Shown: one piece after another, positions 33,816 through 43,408 of the stretch
Numbering within the stretch: the first letter of the stretch is position 1
Layout: the number at the start of each line of letters is the position of its first letter
Made by a program: the position numbers and the translations under genes
Source: Nitrospirota bacterium
Lineage (GTDB): Bacteria > Nitrospirota > Thermodesulfovibrionia > Thermodesulfovibrionales > UBA9159
Length of the DNA: 64,000 bases
Reading direction: 5' to 3'
Assembly (NCBI GenBank): GCA_963699545.1
Contig: CAVOUE010000003.1
Coordinates: 320,001 to 384,000 of the forward strand
The notes under the pieces: model-generated
What the model saw: only the letters and a program-made list of their open reading frames with translations
What the model was told of the DNA's origin: nothing
Database searches by the model: none

Positions 33816-34427
33816 ATGAACATGAGTCTTTTTAAAAAACTGTTCAGTAGGACTAAACCTGAAACGCACTTGTCGCCAATGGCTGAAACTGCAACGAGCA
33901 TTGTAAAAGCAATTATAAGTGCATCATATTCTTGTTACGAAACTCTAAATCCAATGTTGCGTGTTGCAAGCGAAAAGGAAAACCCTTCTGCTGAAATTTA
34001 TGGCTACTTTGAGTACATCTATTTTTTTACTCATATTGTGATGAGATTTGCAAATGCAGAGTTGTCTTCTTATCAATTTGAGAGACTCAAGACTTTGGTA
34101 CTGCCTGTTATAAGTGAAACTGCAATTGACACCTTTAGATGGGATAACTTGCCATCGGACTACAAGCCAAAAATGGTAGATGAATTTGACCAACATTTTG
34201 AGAAAACAAATCAAGAATATTTGATGTGTGCAGAATGGTTGCCATCCCAGGGGTTGTCAGATAATAGTTCCATCTTCTCAAAAGTCATTAAGAATATATT
34301 TGATGTGTATGGTTATCCCCCCAATCATGCATTAATGAATATTGCCACAGGCATCGTGTCAAATGAACTATTCAAAATGAACATTCAGGCTTTAATATCG
34401 CAAATAAAACGGCAAGAGAAACTATAG
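33816..34427 (+). CDS. Hypothetical protein (AT-rich island)
   Basis: 203-aa ORF in AT-rich DNA, 6 bp upstream of the next gene; no motif recognised. Confidence 0.7.
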   Translation: MNMSLFKKLFSRTKPETHLSPMAETATSIVKAIISASYSCYETLNPMLRVASEKENPSAEIYGYFEYIYFFTHIVMRFANAELSSYQFERLKTLVLPVISETAIDTFRWDNLPSDYKPKMVDEFDQHFEKTNQEYLMCAEWLPSQGLSDNSSIFSKVIKNIFDVYGYPPNHALMNIATGIVSNELFKMNIQALISQIKRQEKL

Positions 34428-34433
34428 TCATAA

Positions 34434-35165
34434 ATGGAAAAAGAGTATAAGAAATGTTTTGTTGCTGTGCTTGATATTTTGGGATTTGAGGAACGCATTA
34501 AGAAAATCCGTGACGCTTCTCGCATACTTTACGACCTGCAACAGTTGAAAAAACTTTACGGGATAATGACAGATAAAGGACGACATGGGGTAAAAGGATT
34601 AATTATGTCAGACACCCTACTGCTATATTCAGAGCAAGATGACTTTGAGAGCTTCAAACTATTGATAGGGGTTGTTGCAGAGACTATTTGCGATGGTATG
34701 GGGTTAAGTACCACAAACATAGCCACACCATTCACACGCATGTTATTTAGGGGTGCAATATCTTACGGTGACTTTTGTATTGATGAGACGGAAACCCTAT
34801 TTTTTGGACCTGCATTCATCGATGCTTATCATTGGGAGAAGAAACAGGAATGGATAGGTGCTATATTAACGCCTGCCTGTGTTGACTTTATAAGGACAAA
34901 AAAGTTTATTGTCCAGAATCTATTAGTTGAATATGATGCACCGATAAAAACGACACCTATTGTGGATAGGGAATGCAAGAGTGATATTCATTCTCAAGTA
35001 TCCTTGTGTGTTTGTTGGGCAAATTGTTTTGCTTATAGAACACACACAAATTTGAAGCATATTACAATAGAAGAAAAATTTAAGCAAAAATGGGAATACA
35101 CAGAAAAGTTTTTTGAATACTGTCGGAAGAAATCGATGGATGATGAGAAAATTAAAGACAAATAA
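34434..35165 (+). CDS. Stand-alone class III nucleotide-cyclase-like protein
   Basis: FVAVLDILGF (first Asp), MSDTLL (second Asp), FRGAISYGD, FFGPAFIDAY.WE match the spacing of the cyclase palm fold. Confidence 0.6.
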   Translation: MEKEYKKCFVAVLDILGFEERIKKIRDASRILYDLQQLKKLYGIMTDKGRHGVKGLIMSDTLLLYSEQDDFESFKLLIGVVAETICDGMGLSTTNIATPFTRMLFRGAISYGDFCIDETETLFFGPAFIDAYHWEKKQEWIGAILTPACVDFIRTKKFIVQNLLVEYDAPIKTTPIVDRECKSDIHSQVSLCVCWANCFAYRTHTNLKHITIEEKFKQKWEYTEKFFEYCRKKSMDDEKIKDK

Positions 35166-35335
35166 AGAAGAAGAGATTTCCACCTTTGAGAATATCACCT
35201 TAGAGCAGACACACACCACAGCCTTGACAGGAACCAACCAGACAAAAACCAGACAATTACCCAATTTAAAACATTTGGGCTTATTGTTGCAAATCCTCAA
35301 AGTATGTTATTTTATATAGCATTGTAGTTCAGAGA

Positions 35336-35414
35336 GGGGCTGTAGCTCAGTTGGTCGGTACGACTCGTGCCGAGGAGAGCGGTCGATGCGACAGGTCGCC
35401 GGTTCTCTTCCGGT
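35336..35414 (+). other. tRNA-Ala mimic, left part
   Basis: GGGGCTG TA GCTC AGTTGG [TCGGTACG-ACT-CGTGCCGA] GGA GAGC G [GTCG-ATG-CGAC] AGGTC GCCGG-TTCTCTT-CCGGT; no local acceptor 3' strand. Confidence 0.8.
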
Positions 35415-35429
35415 GTAGAACATCAGTTT

Positions 35430-35505
<76 letters not shown>

Positions 35506-35516
35506 GACGATTGACC

Positions 35517-35762
35517 ATGCCTTTCTATGTTTATGTCCTCAGGAGTGAGAAAAGCGGCAGATCTTATATCGGCCATACTGCCGATCTCCCGAAGCGACTT
35601 GTCGAGCACAATATCGGAAAGAGCAAAGCCACAAAAGGGAAGGGACCATGGCGGCTTGTATATCGGGAGGAATTCGAGACCCGATCGAGGGCGTCTTATC
35701 GGGAACGGCATTTCAAATCAGTCAGCGGCAGGATGGAGCTAAAGAATAAGGGGATTCTCTAA
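35517..35762 (+). CDS. Small GIY-YIG nuclease family protein (81 aa)
   Basis: FYVYVL.S....SYIGHT.DL..RL.EHN.G....T....PW.LVY.E.F.....A..RE..FKS. Confidence 0.92.
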   Translation: MPFYVYVLRSEKSGRSYIGHTADLPKRLVEHNIGKSKATKGKGPWRLVYREEFETRSRASYRERHFKSVSGRMELKNKGIL

Positions 35763-35810
35763 GGAGAGCGGTCGTATCGACAGGTCGGTCGCATCGACTC
35801 AGCTCCACCA
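35763..35810 (+). other. tRNA-Ala mimic, right part
   Basis: GGA GAGC G [GTCG-TAT-CGAC] AGGTC G[GTCG-CAT-CGAC]T CAGCTCC ACCA; starts at the base after the GIY-YIG stop codon. Confidence 0.82.
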
Positions 35811-35950
35811 TGTATCCCAGTCTTTGTTACGCTTTATGCCCTCAAAGGAACCGATTCTGTCTTGCGCCGGAGAGGGACACAGTTTTCCTGCGAAGTATTA
35901 TGGCTGAATAACCCTTCAGTGGCCGTGATCCACTGCTGGTATCAAAAACC

Positions 35951-36142
35951 TTATTTGACCGCGACCAGAGCAAGTCCCAGTTTTTTCTCCAGATCCCTTA
36001 ACTGGGCTATCTCATCGTCTTTCAGGGGAGTGATACCAATATCCTTGCATGAAAAAGCGACGACGGTTTTCCCCATCTTCTTCTCCAGTGACTGGACCGC
36101 TTTGAGCTTCTCTCCGTCAAGCTGCGCAAACGTGCATAACAT
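35951..36142 (-). CDS. Small internally duplicated protein (63 aa)
   Basis: SD AAGGAGG; two copies of L..E.L..V..LEKK.G...VA. Confidence 0.75.
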   Translation of the reverse strand: MLCTFAQLDGEKLKAVQSLEKKMGKTVVAFSCKDIGITPLKDDEIAQLRDLEKKLGLALVAVK

Positions 36143-36244
36143 AGCTGCCTCCTTTTCTCTCAGCATAGTTGACACGGAGCAGGTTGTCAAGGTCCGTATG
36201 CGCACCCCCTTTGTCTCTCCTTGCCCCTTCGATTATAATAGTCC

Positions 36245-36844
36245 ATGTCCGCAGGAGAGGAAAAGGTGTGGGAAACCCTCGCAAGCCTCGACCCGGGTGA
36301 AGTGTGCAGGAGGACGGATTCGACCTTTGACGCGGCGTCAGGTCTCTACATGCTGAAATCCTTCGGCAGAGATTTTTCCGTTTTACCCGGGGAGAAGAAG
36401 ATATTCAGCCATTCACCTGACGGCGAGATCTTTTTGCAGAGACTTGGCTATTTTTTCAGACTCTCGGTCGTCGGGTATCTTGCCATTGCCAGGGACGTTT
36501 CTCCCACAGGACGCATTGTTACCCCGGTGAACATGAAAAGCGGACAGCTCTTTTTCAGGGGGTCACATGTTCTTCCCCTTGACAGGGTGGCTGATAGGTA
36601 CGGCAATGACAGGGAGGCGTTTCTGAAGAGAGGCAACGAACTGGGCGGGGAAAGGCTCGGGTACGGCGACGCTTCGGTAAAACTCCTGCCGCTTCCGCGT
36701 GTTGCCGTGGTCGCGATCCTCTGGACAGCGGACGATGAATTCCAGGCCAGGGCCGATCTCCTGTTCGATTCCTCCTGCGAGATCCAGTTGCCCATTGATG
36801 TTGTCTGGTCCATCGCGATGCTCAGCACGCTGGTGATGGTTTAA
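36245..36844 (+). CDS. DUF3786-like protein
   Basis: G..FFRGSH.LP, GDAS....PLPR.....LW..DDEF.A....LFD. Confidence 0.8.
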   Translation: MSAGEEKVWETLASLDPGEVCRRTDSTFDAASGLYMLKSFGRDFSVLPGEKKIFSHSPDGEIFLQRLGYFFRLSVVGYLAIARDVSPTGRIVTPVNMKSGQLFFRGSHVLPLDRVADRYGNDREAFLKRGNELGGERLGYGDASVKLLPLPRVAVVAILWTADDEFQARADLLFDSSCEIQLPIDVVWSIAMLSTLVMV

Positions 36845-36921
36845 AGCCGCACTCTTTTTGATGCAGGAGCCGGCATGAGCGCCCCTTGACAGGAATCTTC
36901 CCTGAAGGTTTTAATAGAAAG

Positions 36922-37716
36922 GTGGATTTGACCGATCTCAGCGCCAGGAAACCCCTGCTTACCCTGCTTCGGGTGCAATGCATCGTCTTCCTCCTTGTGC
37001 TCCTTGTTGCGTCCTGTTCTTCAAAGAAAGTGGTGAAGACTGACGAGACCTTTGACCCTGAGAGATCTCTTGCCAGAGGAACAGAACTCATTGAAAAGAA
37101 GGAGTACGAAGAGGCGCGCAAGGTGCTTCTCGAGGTGAAGAACAGGGACCTCACGAAGAAACATGCTCCCCTTGCACAACTGAAGATCGCGGATTCGTAC
37201 GTGAGGGAAGAAGAGTACGATGCAGGTATTGAAGAGTACCGGAAGTTCCTCGAGATGTACCCTGACCATAAGAATGCGTCCTATGCCCAGTATCAGATAG
37301 CCATGGCGTCTTTCGTCCAGATAGAAAGCCCCGAGAGGGGCTATGGCGCTGCAGCGAAGGCCTTGAATGAGTTCGAGAAGCTGAAACGGATGTTCCCCCG
37401 GAATCCATACAGGGAGATGATCGAGCTCAGGATCGAGAAATGCAGGAACACCATGGCAGACTATGAGTTCCTTGTCGCCGAATTTTACTTCAAGAAGAGT
37501 TCCTACACTGCTGCAGCGGGGAGGTTCCAGCAGCTTCTCACCAAGTTCCCCGATTACAAGAAAGGGCCCCTGGTCCTTTACCGTATCGCTTTCTGTTATA
37601 AGAAGCTCGGCAACAAGGATAAGGCCCTGGAATACTATACCCGCCTCATCGAAAAATACCCCAATGACAACGTCATTAAAGAAGCCAAGAAAGAGTTCGC
37701 CTCCTACAGTAAATAG
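36922..37716 (+). CDS. bamD: Outer-membrane assembly lipoprotein BamD
   Basis: Lipobox VASC, AQL.IAD.Y, F...YP.H....YA.Y, E..VA.FY.K...Y.AA..RF; GTG start inferred. Confidence 0.85.
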   Translation: MDLTDLSARKPLLTLLRVQCIVFLLVLLVASCSSKKVVKTDETFDPERSLARGTELIEKKEYEEARKVLLEVKNRDLTKKHAPLAQLKIADSYVREEEYDAGIEEYRKFLEMYPDHKNASYAQYQIAMASFVQIESPERGYGAAAKALNEFEKLKRMFPRNPYREMIELRIEKCRNTMADYEFLVAEFYFKKSSYTAAAGRFQQLLTKFPDYKKGPLVLYRIAFCYKKLGNKDKALEYYTRLIEKYPNDNVIKEAKKEFASYSK

Positions 37717-38353
37717 GGAATATTATCCTGCCTTTCTGAACATCGCCGGCCGGCAGTGCGTGATCATCGGGGGGGGAAAGGTGGCGGAAAGAAAGTGTTC
37801 GGGCCTTCTCAGAGCCGGCGCACGGGTGACGGTCATAAGTCCCGGGATCACCCGGTCGCTTGAGCGGTCCAGGGAAAAGGGACTCCTGAACCATGTCAGG
37901 CGCCGCTACCGGAAAGGGGACCTGCGAGCCGCCTTCGCCGTCATTGTCGCTACAGATTCGGAGGCGACGAACCGGCAGGTGGTGACCGATGCTGCCGCGG
38001 CTGGCGTCCTAGTGAACGTTGCGGATAATCCCTCCCTGTGCACTTTCATAGCTCCTTCCGTCCTGACAAGAGGGCCTTTGACCATAGCCATTTCAACAGG
38101 TGGTGTCAGCCCGGCAATGGCGCGCACCATAAGAAGGGAACTTGGGCGGATGTACGGTGCTGAGTTTTCAGGATATCTGAGGTTCGTGAAAGGAATAAGG
38201 AGAAGGGCGCTGAGAGAGATGAGCGAGAAGAGGGAGCGGGAGCGATTCCTGAAGGGACTTGCGTCAGAAGAGATGATGGCCCTCCTGCGCCGGCAGGGGT
38301 TTCGGGAGGCAAGGAAGACCGCCATGAAACGGTGGCAGGACCTACGACGATAG
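37714..38353 (+). CDS. Precorrin-2 dehydrogenase / sirohydrochlorin ferrochelatase (SirC/CysG-N); start codon not evident
   Basis: YYPAFLNI.G..CVIIGGGKVAERK, VNVAD.P..C.F..P, IAISTGGVSPA.A..IR. Confidence 0.88.
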
Positions 38354-38436
38354 CTTTGCAGAGGCCCGCTTTTTTTGCCGCTGAACAATGCCATGGCGAA
38401 GTGCAAAATCTTTTGCATGATGTATAATTAAAGAGT

Positions 38437-39189
38437 ATGCCAGATAAGAAGACCATAAGAATGACATCGAAGCTCGGTTCCGAGTTCGACTCAGAAGTGA
38501 TCGCAGGGAAAGAAAAATATCTTGTGCAGACAGAGGACTGCGGGGAGAAGAGACCTCTCATCATCACCCGCATATACTTTGGCGGGCAGATCTTGCTGAC
38601 GAGGAAGACCGACTACAGCGACATGCTCGATGCCTCTGACAGGGAAGCGAAGGTGCAGGAGCTTATGCAAAAACAGCACCGTCAGACTGTAAACTCTGTC
38701 AGGGGGGGTAAGTTTAAGAGGGCAAAGACCACTGCGGAGTACATTGAAGAGGCGAAAGAACTTCTGAAGGGCAAGAACAAGAGAAGCGCCCTCAGGGTGC
38801 TGAGCGACGCAGTGGAACATTACCCTGACGATCCGTTCATCCTCTCCTATCACGGTTGCCTTGATGCTATTGCCAACAAAAACTACAGGGAGGGAATCGA
38901 TGCATGTCTTCTGGCCATAGAGGTCTTGAAGAAGAAGGTGCCCTTCGGTGAGGATTCCTTGTTCCCTGTTTTTTATCTCAACCTTGGAAGAGCCTATCTT
39001 GCGTCAGGGAAAAGGAAGGAAGCCATGACTGCGTTTAACAAGGGGCTTGCCATTGACGCGCAGAACAAGGACATTCTGTGGGAGATCAGAAAGCTCGGCA
39101 TAAGGCAGAAGCCCGTCGTCCCTTTTTTGAAGAGATCAAATCCCATCAACCGTTACATCGGCATAATGCTCCACGCAATGAAGAAGTAG
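38437..39189 (+). CDS. TPR-containing protein
   Basis: N-terminal Y.VQTED domain; C-terminal TPR (FYLNLGRAYL); G.R..PV.PFL.RSNP.N. Confidence 0.75.
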   Translation: MPDKKTIRMTSKLGSEFDSEVIAGKEKYLVQTEDCGEKRPLIITRIYFGGQILLTRKTDYSDMLDASDREAKVQELMQKQHRQTVNSVRGGKFKRAKTTAEYIEEAKELLKGKNKRSALRVLSDAVEHYPDDPFILSYHGCLDAIANKNYREGIDACLLAIEVLKKKVPFGEDSLFPVFYLNLGRAYLASGKRKEAMTAFNKGLAIDAQNKDILWEIRKLGIRQKPVVPFLKRSNPINRYIGIMLHAMKK

Positions 39190-39229
39190 TCTGCTAGATT
39201 GCCCCCCGGACATTTTCCCCCGCGCTTGT

Positions 39230-39775
39230 CTATTGAGACTGAGCCATCTGCTTCAGGAGTTCCGCGATCTTCCTTGCGATCAAATCCGGCAGGAGATCCC
39301 TGTTATCAAGGGTTACCTCATGGATTTCAATATCTTCCCTCTTTTTTATCCCCAGGAGAAAATCATCGCCGCCAAAGGTGATGGTGCCAACAACGATATT
39401 CGGAGAGTCAAGGGCATGGAGTGCGGCCTGTCTGAAGACTTCAGAAAAACATTCCATCTTGCCGATCTCATCAAGTATGATGACATTCCTGCTGACGGGA
39501 GTGATGGAGGGGACGGCAATGGTCTCGATGTTCTCAATGCTTACTCCATAGCGTCTTATATGGAATCGAGACCTTATGTCCTGATGGGCAAGGTGCCCCT
39601 TTCCGCCGTCAAGGGTCCTCATCAGAAAGCCAACCCTTCGTCCTTCTACTCTCTCCTCTTCTGTGTAAAATCCATTGGCGGGAAAACCGAGATCCTGGAT
39701 CACTTTCTTGATGACGGTCGTTTTCCCTGACGAAGGCGCGCCCGTCAGGAAGATATTTTTCTTTACTGGGCTCAT
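39230..39775 (-). CDS. NTPase (THEP1/NTPase_1 family)
   Basis: IFLTGAPSSGKTT, GFYTEE.R..G.RVGF, IILDEIGKME. Confidence 0.92.
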   Translation of the reverse strand: MSPVKKNIFLTGAPSSGKTTVIKKVIQDLGFPANGFYTEEERVEGRRVGFLMRTLDGGKGHLAHQDIRSRFHIRRYGVSIENIETIAVPSITPVSRNVIILDEIGKMECFSEVFRQAALHALDSPNIVVGTITFGGDDFLLGIKKREDIEIHEVTLDNRDLLPDLIARKIAELLKQMAQSQ

Positions 39776-40028
39776 AGGAATAATTGTAACCGAAGGAGGG
39801 GATGAAGAGAAGTGAGGAAAGACCCTCCCGCTCTCCCGCTGATCGAGCCGACCTCATACTATAGAATTTAGATAGAGTGAAAGTGAAAAGGGCAAGGGTC
39901 TACTTCGCTTGATGGGATCCTTTTAATAATGCAATTACTGAAGCTTAAGTGCTGAAAGTTGTCATAATTGAAATAGCAGTGCCCTGCGCATGCCTCCCCT
40001 GGGCTTGTCATATGGGCCATATCGCGAC
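39745..40028. repeat. Island repeat copy 1 (75-bp core + modules A, B, C)
   Basis: 39745-39819 is identical to 41925-41999; 39821-39849 matches 45675-45703 at 27/29; 39979-40028 is similar to 45731-45781. Confidence 0.9.
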
Positions 40029-40046
40029 AGGAATCTTTAAGGGAAC

Positions 40047-40925
40047 TTAGGGTTGTGTAATCTTATTGATACGTTTAGACCGCTTATGCTCGTACATTGA
40101 TTTGTCTGCTTCTTGAAGAAGTACCTCAAGGGAACATGGGCTCTGGGGATCAAAGTGTGCTGAACCCATACTAATGGAGAGCACGTATCCTCTGCTTCTT
40201 GTTGAGTTTAGAGTTTCCAGGTCATTCTGCAATCGCGACGTAAGGACGTCGCTGCGTTATCCTGAAAATGTCCGTGCGGAGAGTACGACGAATTCGTCGC
40301 CGCCAACGCGGGCACTGATGTCAGCCTCTCGATAATTTTTCCTGAGGATATTCGCGATCTCTACTAACGCCTGATCGCCCTCAATATGACCATGCACATC
40401 ATTAATTTCCTTTAGGTCATCTAGATCAGCATAAAGGATATATATCCCTTTCTTGTTTCTTTTTGCTATCTTTAACTGGTGTTCAGCCAAAGCAAACAAT
40501 CCCCGACGGTTCAAGAGTCCTGTGAGGTCATCGGTAAGCAGAAGTCCACGGGTTTGTTCTTGACCTTCGGCATGCTTTATCCTTGCCAAGAGCTCTTTTA
40601 GCGTAAAAGGTTTCTTGATAAAGTCGGACGCTCCGGCTTCAATGGCTTTATCATAATTGAAATCATCGATATGTCCGGTCATGGTAATAACGATTATGTC
40701 AGGGCTAAGTTGCTTGACTGCTGCGGTAAGTTCAAGACCTGTCATGCCGGACAGTGCAATGTCTGTTATGACAATGTCGAAAGAGGTTTTGCCTAAAAGG
40801 TTGAGAGCCTCTTCGGCATTCGGGGCAGTCTCACAGTGATAACCGTTTATCGACAAACCTTCCGTGAGCACGTTGAGCATGATTTGATCATCTTCAACGA
40901 TCAGTATCGAGCTTATTTTATCCAT
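40047..40925 (-). CDS. REC-GGDEF diguanylate cyclase (in-frame TAA at 40257-40259)
   Basis: ILIVEDD/ITD/FIKKPF receiver, D.LTGLLNRR, RVGGDEF; the C-terminal SISMG...ADKSMY..K follows in the same frame after the stop. Confidence 0.85.
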
Positions 40926-40932
40926 TCCAGGG

Positions 40933-41843
40933 TCAGGAGTCACTGTCGGCTTCTTCAACAACTCCGTGGAAATTGAGCGAAGGGGGAGTGCCCCTTTTTT
41001 CGCTTGAGACTTTTACCTCGCTGGGTCTAGGCTTCAGCCTTGCGGTTGTGTGCCACCAAAGATTTGACCACTTCCCATCCGATCTTATTCATTTCAGCCA
41101 TTTTAGTGATTTCCTCTAACGCGGTCCTGTTGTCGTATGAGACAGCTCGGTAAGGCCTCGGGGAGATAAGAGCATCGTATACGTCACATACAACTATTAT
41201 CTCCACCATGCGGTCTGTGAGCTGTATCCCGCGGGGCATGCCTGAACCATCTTTCCTCTCGTGATGATCCCTCGCCACTATGGCGGCAATGTTCTTTTGG
41301 ATCCTTATGAAAATAGCTGAGAAGGACATATCCTGCAGTGGTATGATGATCTATGATGCTCTTTTCAGTCCTAGTGAGCGGGGTGACTTTTTTTAAGATA
41401 TGCAAAGGAATGCAGATTTTACCAATATCATGAGTAGGGCCAGTCGAAACTTCATTTATCCACTCCGGATAATCAGGCAACAGATCTCTGGCAATCAATG
41501 CAGAAAGAGCAAATACCATAAGGACGTGGCAATATGTATGGTAGTCGTTTCTCTTGAAATAATCCAGTGACTGCAAAACGGGAATGACGAGGTGAACCTT
41601 CTCCAGCATGGTCATGACTTCTGCAATTTTCTCCTGACCAGAGAAAATCAAATCGTATGGAGGTCTGCTTATTTGACGGAGCAGGTCATGTTTTACCATG
41701 CCATATTCGAGCAATGGATAGGTTTGATAAGATGTTGTCTTGCTTGAAGAGATCAAATCCTCTAACGTCTCCGTTGAAAGGACAGTGCCGGCCGGCAGCA
41801 ACAGTTGGTTATCCAATGTGTGAACAGGGTAATGGAGTCTCAT
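40933..41843 (-). CDS. HD-GYP-type phosphodiesterase (two apparent frameshifts)
   Basis: TYCH, THDIGKI, HHT..G, HHER.DGSGMP.G, CDVYDALIS.RPYR. Confidence 0.8.
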
Positions 41844-41924
41844 AGCATCCTTAAAAGGTTTCCGGTTCTATATTAGGCAAATGCTCGACTTTTTTCAATA
41901 GCATGATGTCAAGAAGAAAGCATA

Positions 41925-42140
41925 TCAGGAAGATATTTTTCTTTACTGGGCTCATAGGAATAATTGTAACCGAAGGAGGGGATGAAGAGAAGTGAGGAAG
42001 GGCTTTCCCGCTCTCCTGCTGACCGATTCTACCTCATATGAAGAAATTTGGGATAAAGTGGAAATGGAGGGGGCAGGGGTTCACGGCTTTTGGACGGAAT
42101 TGTATTAATTAACGAAGTTATGAAATTGAGATGCTGAAAT
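41925..42140. repeat. Island repeat copy 2 (duplicated promoter and first 10 codons of the NTPase gene + modules A, B)
   Basis: 75-bp exact match to 39745-39819, then decaying similarity to 39820-39957. Confidence 0.9.
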
Positions 42141-42179
42141 ATTAGCTCTCAGTGTATTAGAGCAGTTATGAAGACACTG

Positions 42180-42785
42180 TCAAGTGGGAGATCCCTCCGA
42201 CCGAGGCTCAGATAGCTCTTTTGCGAGTTTTTTCAGTTCTCTGAGTAGACTGGCTAAGGCGTCAAATTGTATGGATTTATCAGCGATGGAAACTCCATCT
42301 CCGCTTTGAGTCAGCATAAGCATGGGCATTCTACCTCTGACAAACCTGCCGTCCGCTATCATTTCATCCATATGCTCGACTATGTCTCGGATGTCAACGA
42401 AGGCTTTGGTATAACTGTTGATAATCTTTCTGGTTGTTCGAGGGATTGCTGGGCTTCCTTTATGACTTTTCAACCTGTCAATGAAGCGCAATGCACGCCT
42501 GACACTATGGATGCAAGTTTCCATATGTGCGACTGACCGGAAAAGAGCAGATAGGGGCAACAGTGCACCATCTCGCAGGGTTGCTACTTGCTGAAGATAT
42601 GAAGATCGAGCCTCTTCGTATTCAAAGACAGCTTTGTCCACGATTCGAATAAGATTGTGGGCGTAAAACCAGACTTGATCGAGGTCTTGCCTCCACCTCC
42701 CGATAAAAATGTTGAGGACGGTATCAGGCATTAGCGGCTCGTTGATAGAAGATAAATCGGGCATTTTAAGTTTAAGAGTGGCCAT
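42180..42785 (-). CDS. Hypothetical protein
   Basis: 201-aa helical-looking ORF containing an RDIVEH (Rx4H) motif, possibly HEPN-like. Confidence 0.65.
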   Translation of the reverse strand: MATLKLKMPDLSSINEPLMPDTVLNIFIGRWRQDLDQVWFYAHNLIRIVDKAVFEYEEARSSYLQQVATLRDGALLPLSALFRSVAHMETCIHSVRRALRFIDRLKSHKGSPAIPRTTRKIINSYTKAFVDIRDIVEHMDEMIADGRFVRGRMPMLMLTQSGDGVSIADKSIQFDALASLLRELKKLAKELSEPRSEGSPT

Positions 42786-42802
42786 TCGTCTGCTTTTTTT
42801 CT

Positions 42803-43027
42803 TTAATCGAAGCTATTTTCGTTGGGGGCGTGAGCGTTCAGCAAGTCAATTATTTCGTCCAGTTTGTCATTCATGGCCTCAAAGAATTGAGCTATAGTTG
42901 ACAGAATATACATGCCAAAAATGGCAGCAACATATAGCCGCCAAGGGTCAGGTAGTTGTGAGACGACTGCGAGGCCGAGGAAGAATACTATAAATTTCCA
43001 CCAACCTGCTTTTCTGATCTTTCCCAT
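42803..43027 (-). CDS. Small two-TM hypothetical protein
   Basis: SD AAGGAGG; two hydrophobic segments and an acidic amphipathic tail. Confidence 0.65.
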   Translation of the reverse strand: MGKIRKAGWWKFIVFFLGLAVVSQLPDPWRLYVAAIFGMYILSTIAQFFEAMNDKLDEIIDLLNAHAPNENSFD

Positions 43028-43148
43028 GCTCCCTCCTTATGCTCGAAGTTGTAGTGAACTCGGTGATGGTTGATCCATTTCTCTTCAAGTTTTTGTTTGA
43101 AATGTACAACTTCTGCGAAGTTCTGTCAACGAGAAGCAGACTATCTTG

Positions 43149-43197
43149 GAAAATTCGGGATAAAGTGGAAGGGGCAAGGGTTTACTGCGTTGGATGG
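43149..43197. repeat. Island repeat copy 3 (module B only)
   Basis: Shares GGGATAAAGTGGAA with copy 2 and GGGCAAGGGT with copy 1. Confidence 0.6.
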
Positions 43198-43408
43198 CGT
43201 ATCGTTGGTAAATCAGCTTATGTCTCTGAGACGTTGAGGACACCGACAAGTCGAGAGTTCATACGAAACCAAACTATGGCGGATTTCTGAAAGAAATTTA
43301 CGGTAACATCAGCAATCAGTCAGCCGACGGCCCTGCGGGTTGGCGACATTGCATTAGATCTCCGTAGTTCTTTTTGTTTTTCTTGGCAACGCCGCTATTG
43401 ACCATTTG

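Noticed and set aside
40257-40259. Selenocysteine or pyrrolysine readthrough in the GGDEF gene
   Set aside because: The stop is TAA, not TGA or TAG; local compensating indels or a true nonsense mutation are more plausible.
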